Of a stretch of 64,000 bases of DNA, positions 58,040-64,000 are shown piece after piece. The notes under the pieces were generated by a model. It was not told the origin of the DNA. It ran no database searches and saw only the letters and a program-made list of their open reading frames with translations. Source of the stretch: a virus; IMG/VR virus record IMGVR_UViG_3300010885_050383, positions 1 through 64,000 of that record. One strand, given 5' to 3'. A program made the position numbers and the translations under genes. Numbering within the stretch: position 1 is the first letter of the stretch; the number at the start of each line of letters is the position of its first letter.

Positions 58040-59536
58040 TTAAAAACGGGTTCCTCCTCTTAGTTTATGTCTAAAGCTTTCTATATTAGAACCACCAGTA
58101 ACATAAATGTGTTGCGTAGAGGAAGAAGACGAAGAACCACCATCTATTATATTTACATCACCGCCACCCGCACCACCTTGATTTTGTATAATTTCTTTCA
58201 AGTCCTTTAAATGTTGATTAGTTTCATTATTATTTTGATTCTGAATCGGTGTAGGAATCGGAGGAGGTATGATTGGACTTGGCGTAGGTTTTAAAATTAT
58301 AGGTTTCGGGGGTTGTATTTTGGGAATTTGTGTTGGTGTTGGTGGAATAACCGAAGGAATAACAGAATATTTAGGTGCTGTTACGTTAGGAGGGGTAGTT
58401 TTTGGACCCAAATGTATGTTATATCCACCAAATTCTGGGTTATATGATTTATCTTTTGTATAACCTAAAGTAGCAGGATTTTTTGATTCGTCTCCCAAAA
58501 CATATAATTTATTTGTTTCTGAATCTTGAACTATACCTGTTCCAGACGATAAATTCTGTGAATCATTTGGATTAATTTCTTCTGGAATATTAAAAGATCC
58601 ATCTGAATTTTGAGTTGTATTATTTTGTTCTGGTGTTGGTGCAGGAATTGGTGCAGGAATTGGTGCAGGAATTGGTGCAGGTAAATTGGAACCTTCTTTT
58701 CCCTTATCTTTATTTTCTCCTGTTTTATTTCCTTTTCCAGCCCCCTCTTTCCTATGTTCTGCAATCATATGATCAATGATACTTTGAGCAGCTAAATCAC
58801 CAGCTATAGCTAATGGATTATCTCCTGATAATAGTGTTGCAAAATCTATCCCCGCTTCAAGTCCTTTAAATCCCATAGAATAATAATCCCCCTTCATTCC
58901 ATAATAACCAGCCTGAATTAAATCCAAAGTACCCCCCACACCGGGTATTTTTTTTAAAGCAGTTTTATAACCACCTTTTATTGCAGCTTTAAGACCTTTT
59001 TTTGACGAAGTTTTACCAAAATTCCAAGCTTCACTAATATATTTATAAATATCAAATTGGGAAACAAAACCTTCTGGAGAATTTACTTTATAACCAATTT
59101 TATCTCCTTGTCCACTCGTAATTCCCTTAGCATCTGTATATTCTGCCCCTAAAGATTCTGCCATAGAAAAAGTCATTGGACCACCTAAAAAAGCTTTTGA
59201 AAGCATACCACCTCCACCAGACATAAAAGATGCTAATTTATTTGCTGCGATTAAAACAGTTAAAGCCTCTGCTGCGGATTCTATATAAGGATTGTTTATT
59301 TTGCCAAATACTTTGTCGGCAGACTTATAAACAGTCTGTGGTACTATTTTAGGATTTTCTGTAAAAAAATTTGTAAAATTGCTTGTATCACTTACACCTT
59401 CTTTTTTGTTAGAAGGTTTGAGATTTGAATTATCTCCATTAACATTCGATGCCAATAAAGGTTCATCTTTTTTTAAAGTTGGATCTTTTGCTGGTAAAAT
59501 TTTTAAGTATTCTAATTGTTCTGGAGTGAATTCCAT
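58040..59536 (-). CDS. Tape-measure/baseplate hub-like (gp29-like) protein with Pro-rich C-terminal part
   Basis: Gly/Ala-rich LKKIPGVGG segment typical of tape measure proteins; sits between gp26-like and gp48-like genes. Confidence 0.5.
   Translation of the reverse strand: MEFTPEQLEYLKILPAKDPTLKKDEPLLASNVNGDNSNLKPSNKKEGVSDTSNFTNFFTENPKIVPQTVYKSADKVFGKINNPYIESAAEALTVLIAANKLASFMSGGGGMLSKAFLGGPMTFSMAESLGAEYTDAKGITSGQGDKIGYKVNSPEGFVSQFDIYKYISEAWNFGKTSSKKGLKAAIKGGYKTALKKIPGVGGTLDLIQAGYYGMKGDYYSMGFKGLEAGIDFATLLSGDNPLAIAGDLAAQSIIDHMIAEHRKEGAGKGNKTGENKDKGKEGSNLPAPIPAPIPAPIPAPTPEQNNTTQNSDGSFNIPEEINPNDSQNLSSGTGIVQDSETNKLYVLGDESKNPATLGYTKDKSYNPEFGGYNIHLGPKTTPPNVTAPKYSVIPSVIPPTPTQIPKIQPPKPIILKPTPSPIIPPPIPTPIQNQNNNETNQHLKDLKEIIQNQGGAGGGDVNIIDGGSSSSSSTQHIYVTGGSNIESFRHKLRGGTRF
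58636..58681. repeat. 12-bp tandem repeat (TTGGTGCAGGAA x3.8) encoding PAPI repeats
   Basis: Seen directly. Confidence 0.95.
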
Positions 59537-59568
59537 ACAGATACTTAATCTATATACATTCTTTTAAA

Positions 59569-60369
59569 TCAATTAATCAAAAACAAAAAAGCATCAATTT
59601 TTATAATTTTTTCTATATTTTCAAAGTTTACAGTACAAATTTTCTCTATCTTGGATTTCCAATCCATTGTCTTGTCTAAAATATTTTTAATCAAAGAAGC
59701 TGGCAATTTTTCAACTACTTTTATTTTGTTATCAATACTTAAATCGTTATAATTAAACAAGTTATCATTAATTTTTATTTCTTTTATATTTTTTGCAACT
59801 TCATTTAAAAAAGCACTACCTACTATATTTTTATATTTTTCAAGCTCATCAGTTTCTTTATTCGATTTAAAAATTGAAATATCAAAATTAGAATCTTCTT
59901 GTATTGTAGCAGGTTTTATATCAACCTCTATCTTCACAGAATCTAATACATGAGTTATTGTTTCTTCTTCTGGATGTTCAAAACTTTTAAATTTTTCTAA
60001 TATATCATCGATATTTATATCAGCCTCAATTTTTGGGGTCTCCTGAAAAACTATTTTTATTGTATCTGAAAGTTGTTTCCTTATATAAAAAGCCAAACAA
60101 ACTTTATCAATGACTGTTAAATGTTTTACAACATTGGGTTCCTCTAAACAATTTTCAGAAATTATATCAAATAAAGTTTTTGAAAATGGACTTTTTTCTT
60201 CAATTACATCGAAAACACTTTCTATAATATTTCTTTGTTGTTTCGTATTTAGTTCTTTTAATTTTATAGTTTTATTTAAAGAAGGAACCCAAGCATCTGT
60301 CAAAAATACTTCTTTCGACAAAGTGTCCAAAATAGATAAAGCATCATTAAAGTTTAAATTTTCTGTCAT
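59569..60369 (-). CDS. Baseplate hub assembly protein (gp26-like paralogue 2)
   Basis: WVPSLNKTIKLKELNTKQQR...LTVIDK...VEKLP. Confidence 0.6.
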   Translation of the reverse strand: MTENLNFNDALSILDTLSKEVFLTDAWVPSLNKTIKLKELNTKQQRNIIESVFDVIEEKSPFSKTLFDIISENCLEEPNVVKHLTVIDKVCLAFYIRKQLSDTIKIVFQETPKIEADINIDDILEKFKSFEHPEEETITHVLDSVKIEVDIKPATIQEDSNFDISIFKSNKETDELEKYKNIVGSAFLNEVAKNIKEIKINDNLFNYNDLSIDNKIKVVEKLPASLIKNILDKTMDWKSKIEKICTVNFENIEKIIKIDAFLFLIN

Positions 60370-60388
60370 GTTATTTATAATTACTCAC

Positions 60389-61330
60389 CTATCCACCAAA
60401 TTCATGCATTAGTTTTTCTAACGAAGTACTACCTACTGGTATGTCTATAGAATCATTACTTTTTGTGTTTATTTTAAATTCCTCTTCTACCATTGAACAA
60501 TAAACTGTTTTGTCAGAGACCGACATATTATCAACATACGAAAGATTTATACCCTTTGAAGCAAGTAAATAATAATTTTGGTATATAGATTTTAAATCAT
60601 TAGAAAATATCAATCTCAAAAAATGAAAATATGAAGAATCATAAAAACTAAATCTAAACCAATTCATATTTTCTATATTAAAAAGATTTTTATCTACTAG
60701 TATTTTTAAAGTAGATAAAATTTTATTTTGTATTTTTGTTTGTATACTAATAGGTAATTTTTTAAAAATTTCTTCTTTTTCATTTATATTAAAATTTTTG
60801 AAATCTATAAATGTATTTTCATTTATTATTATGTTTTCTATAAATTCGGATATCGTTGGTAAAATATTTTTTTTACTTTCCAACAAAAGAAATTTTGTTT
60901 TTATATTAGGCCAGTTTAATTTTATTTTTAGATTTTTATTTTTTATTACACTATCAAATTTTGTTTCGATAATAGTTTCATATAAATTTTTCATAAAATT
61001 TTCTAAATTTACAGTATTTTTAATTTTCATTCCATCTTCTGAAACTTCATTAAATTCTAATTCTAAATTATTTCCAATACTTAAAATTCTTAATTTAGTT
61101 AAAAACAAAATATAATCTACTAAATTTAATTTATAAAAATCTTCTTTGTTTTCTACACAATTTATTATTATTTTTTCCATTGCGGTTATGAAATCTTCAT
61201 TATTATCTTCACCAAAAGGATAAAGAACTGCAATTTTAGACAGCAAGAGTTCTTCTTTTGTATTAATTTCCCTATAAAATAATTTTATTTTAGAAAAAGG
61301 AAGTTCTACTGAATGTAAAAAATATTCCAT
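60389..61330 (-). CDS. Baseplate hub assembly protein (gp26-like, with gp51-like C-terminus)
   Basis: VELPFSK..LFYREINTKEE...DYILFLTKLRILSIGN; C-terminal SIYQNYYLL...VDNMS. Confidence 0.65.
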   Translation of the reverse strand: MEYFLHSVELPFSKIKLFYREINTKEELLLSKIAVLYPFGEDNNEDFITAMEKIIINCVENKEDFYKLNLVDYILFLTKLRILSIGNNLELEFNEVSEDGMKIKNTVNLENFMKNLYETIIETKFDSVIKNKNLKIKLNWPNIKTKFLLLESKKNILPTISEFIENIIINENTFIDFKNFNINEKEEIFKKLPISIQTKIQNKILSTLKILVDKNLFNIENMNWFRFSFYDSSYFHFLRLIFSNDLKSIYQNYYLLASKGINLSYVDNMSVSDKTVYCSMVEEEFKINTKSNDSIDIPVGSTSLEKLMHEFGG

Positions 61331-61361
61331 TATTATATCTTACCAAAAGAAACAATTTATT

Positions 61362-62078
61362 CTATGAAATTACTACATCGTTTATCTGTGGTGGATTTCT
61401 GACCACATATCTATCGTAGATAAAATCTACTTTAGAATATTGTAAATCTTCTGACTGATAACGATTTTCCATACCTTGAACATTTACAGGGGCAACATTA
61501 AAAAATCTAAATACTTTTCTTACTATGGAAGGACTAACTGGACCAGTTCTTCCTAAATAGTATATATCTACCCAATCTGCTTTGACCGCCCTATCACCAG
61601 AATCTCTTGCTATTAAACCAAAATAACCAACATTTACTATCCAAGGTCTAATTATAAAATCTATAAAAGAACTATTAGTTTCATTAAATGTCATAGAAAA
61701 ATTTTTATATTTATTTCTTGTATTAGCTGTTGCAGGAGCTTGATACCCACCGTAATCTAAACCATTATTACCAGCATTTATTCCATCTGAAGGAACAGTT
61801 ACATTTCTTAAAAAAACACAACCTATTAAATTTTCTATACCATCTTGGTTTGTTTTTGAAACTAAGTTTTCTACAATATTATTTGGTAAATTCCAATCAC
61901 TAGATGATGTATTTTCACTTCCAGAACCCGTGTCATATTTGTTGATGTTTTTAAAATTATTTTTGATAACCCCAACACTATCAAAATTTATAACAGCAAA
62001 CCATTGACTTTGAGGAGCAATGGCAGTAGGCCAATTGCTTAATATTTGGTTATAATACTGATAAGGACTTGTTGCCAT
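61362..62078 (-). CDS. Tail tube-like baseplate protein (gp54-like)
   Basis: VTVPSD...MTFNET...RPW...FFNVAPVNV...VDFIYDRY. Confidence 0.6.
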   Translation of the reverse strand: MATSPYQYYNQILSNWPTAIAPQSQWFAVINFDSVGVIKNNFKNINKYDTGSGSENTSSSDWNLPNNIVENLVSKTNQDGIENLIGCVFLRNVTVPSDGINAGNNGLDYGGYQAPATANTRNKYKNFSMTFNETNSSFIDFIIRPWIVNVGYFGLIARDSGDRAVKADWVDIYYLGRTGPVSPSIVRKVFRFFNVAPVNVQGMENRYQSEDLQYSKVDFIYDRYVVRNPPQINDVVIS

Positions 62079-62112
62079 TTAGAATACTTATTCTAAACAG
62101 AGGCTTTAACCT

Positions 62113-62658
62113 TTAGGGAATTAAGAAATTTGTCCAATATTGATAAGCAATGGTAGCTGTTGTTTCGACAAGCTTGCCATCCTCTGTTGTATTAAGTTCA
62201 AAAGTTCCAAGTTTTTGGAGATAAGCACCAACCAATGTATATCCAGAAATTACCCCACCTGTTTTATCCATAAGAGCAAGGTTTACAGTTCCTAAACTTC
62301 CTGCTCCGTATGATCCTGTACTGGTAGCATCATCAAATATAGAACGTGACCATACTTCAAGTTTATTACGAACTTGAAGATCTTGACCAACTCTAAATTT
62401 GACTTGCCACCCTTCACTACCGGGGTAGGTTGCTGTTCCGGGTATATTAAATTTAAGACCCATAAAAGGAGTTGAAATATTACTAATTTCTCTACTTGGA
62501 AGTGTTGTAGATGTGATATAAACCAAGTCCGTCGGATCGAACGTTACTACTGGTGTTGTAATGTTAACAACACGAAATAGATTAGTACGAGCGAAGTCTT
62601 TATTAATTGCATTCTGAAAAAATGCATTGATGTCTTGGTTTGCGAATAAGTTTCCCAT
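62113..62658 (-). CDS. gp19: Tail tube protein
   Basis: ARTNLFRV, TTLPSREI...PFMGLKFNIPG, RNKLEVW, IAYQYW; follows sheath. Confidence 0.88.
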   Translation of the reverse strand: MGNLFANQDINAFFQNAINKDFARTNLFRVVNITTPVVTFDPTDLVYITSTTLPSREISNISTPFMGLKFNIPGTATYPGSEGWQVKFRVGQDLQVRNKLEVWSRSIFDDATSTGSYGAGSLGTVNLALMDKTGGVISGYTLVGAYLQKLGTFELNTTEDGKLVETTATIAYQYWTNFLIP

Positions 62659-62698
62659 ATGTTTTAAATATTTATCTTAGTGTTGATCAATTGATTCA

Positions 62699-64000
62699 TT
62701 AAAATGTACCTTGTGCGATAATTTCATTGAAGTTTACTCCAGTTTGTGTTGCGATGAAGTCACAGAGAATAAATTCTGCGGTTCTTACTGGCTGGATATA
62801 AATTGATACGTTAAGTTGATTATTATCAACAACTGCTGGTGGGTTGTTACGACCATCACAGACAATTTGATAAGCATAGCAACCATTAGTATTCAATGCT
62901 TGATTGAAGATCGGTGTTAATACATTAATCAAACGAGTTTGTGTTGTGTAATTGTTAGGCTCAAACACAAAATATTGAAGAGCACGTTTTGTAGCTTTTT
63001 CAAGAACCAAGAATAGTCTTCTTACATTAATTCTGTCGAATGCAGAAGGGAAGGTATATAAGGTTTTTTGACCATATACTACGATTCCTTCTCCGGGGAA
63101 TACTGCAATTGGGTTCTGATTAATCTTGTAAAGAAGATCTCTTTGCTTCTGTGTTGGATTAATTGCAATATCAAGAACATTTGTAAGAGTTCCACGGCTA
63201 TATCCTGCTGGTGCATCCCAAGGATTACCATTTTGAGCACCACTTGCAATTAATGATCCTATCCATGCAGAAGATGGAACCCATACATTCTGGTTTGACC
63301 ATGCATCATTAATGAGCAACCAGTTAGCATACGATGCAGCATAGCTAGTTGTGTTAGCAGCATAGAGGTTCTGTAAAGGCCAATAAACTTGCTGTGAGAA
63401 GTTATAATTAGGTGTTGAAGATACTTTTGTATTAGGCCCTTGAATAAAAATACTACGAATAGGATCGGCAATGAAAATGTGATCTTGTCTTGTATTTTGT
63501 GCAAATGCAATAAACTGAGTAGCAATAGCCTGATAGTTATTGTAAGTTGATCCTCCTACAATTCCTTGTTGTTGTGTTTGTAGCACACTTGTATCAATAG
63601 GAAGAGTTTCATCAAACAAGTATGCACCATTCCATGAACTGTTTGCAGATTGTGAAGCAGCATATGTATTCGCTCCAGCCCAAATAGTTCCAAGACCTGC
63701 CTCACAAACTACATCAAGTGATTGATTAAGATTGTCTAGGTTAGTAAGAATATTTTGAAGCTTGAGAGGAATATTTCCAACATCATTAGCTGTTGTGCTT
63801 GTAGTAGGAATATAAACACCTTCGGAGTAAAGGTTATAAGCAGATTGATCTACTCTTACAGTTTTTGCTGTTGATCCATCTGGATTTGTCCATGTTCCTA
63901 ATGTAGAAATGTAAGGATTTACAATAACTTTAATGTCACTGGATTGTTGATTAGCTATATTTTGTAAGCTAAATGTAACAGGGGTTCCTCCGAGTGGGTT
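62699..64000 (-). CDS. gp18: Tail sheath protein (partial, 5' end beyond right edge)
   Basis: WVPSS, PWDAPAGYSRG, QRDLLY..NQNPI, YGQKTL, SAFDRINVRRLFL, FVFEPN, IQPVRTAEFI; frame is open to 64000. Confidence 0.96.
   Translation of the reverse strand, partial: NPLGGTPVTFSLQNIANQQSSDIKVIVNPYISTLGTWTNPDGSTAKTVRVDQSAYNLYSEGVYIPTTSTTANDVGNIPLKLQNILTNLDNLNQSLDVVCEAGLGTIWAGANTYAASQSANSSWNGAYLFDETLPIDTSVLQTQQQGIVGGSTYNNYQAIATQFIAFAQNTRQDHIFIADPIRSIFIQGPNTKVSSTPNYNFSQQVYWPLQNLYAANTTSYAASYANWLLINDAWSNQNVWVPSSAWIGSLIASGAQNGNPWDAPAGYSRGTLTNVLDIAINPTQKQRDLLYKINQNPIAVFPGEGIVVYGQKTLYTFPSAFDRINVRRLFLVLEKATKRALQYFVFEPNNYTTQTRLINVLTPIFNQALNTNGCYAYQIVCDGRNNPPAVVDNNQLNVSIYIQPVRTAEFILCDFIATQTGVNFNEIIAQGTF

Noticed and set aside
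58636-58681. CRISPR-like array
   Set aside because: Spacer-less 12-bp coding tandem repeat
1-64000. Stop-codon reassignment
   Set aside because: Core genes are full length in the standard code, and TAA, TGA and TAG all terminate genes
1-64000. tRNA, rRNA or structured ncRNA genes
   Set aside because: Intergenic gaps are almost all under 50 nt and no cloverleaf motifs were seen

Overview
AT-rich, gene-dense 64-kb segment of a large T4-like (myovirus) phage genome, read in the standard genetic code. Left to right: a giant multi-module tailspike/fibre gene running off the left edge, gp15, a DinG-like helicase, GroES, gp62, primase and several likely head-internal proteins. Then a + strand replication/recombination arm (uvsY, uvsW, 55, 47, 46, 43, uvsX, 41, a DHH nuclease, 32, a degenerate FolE2, 45). 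Finally a - strand tail/baseplate/packaging arm (split gp5, hub, gp3-like, terminase 17, 53, 48-like, tape-measure-like, two gp26-like, 54-like, 19, partial 18). The most striking feature is a ~12-kb, 12-gene glycan-biosynthesis island inserted between genes 47 and 46. It holds GT2 paralogues, a GT2-GT7 fusion, GT32-, GT23- and CgeB-like transferases, two FkbM methyltransferases and two NDP-sugar epimerases, and two more glycosyltransferases lie elsewhere in the window. Two promoter classes (sigma70-like TTGACA-N16/17-TAnnAT and gp55-type TAA(A/G)TA) sit only ~5-13 nt before start codons with no Shine-Dalgarno, suggesting near-leaderless expression. No tRNA, rRNA, CRISPR array, intein or intron was seen. 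All calls come from motif recognition and synteny; no database searches were run.
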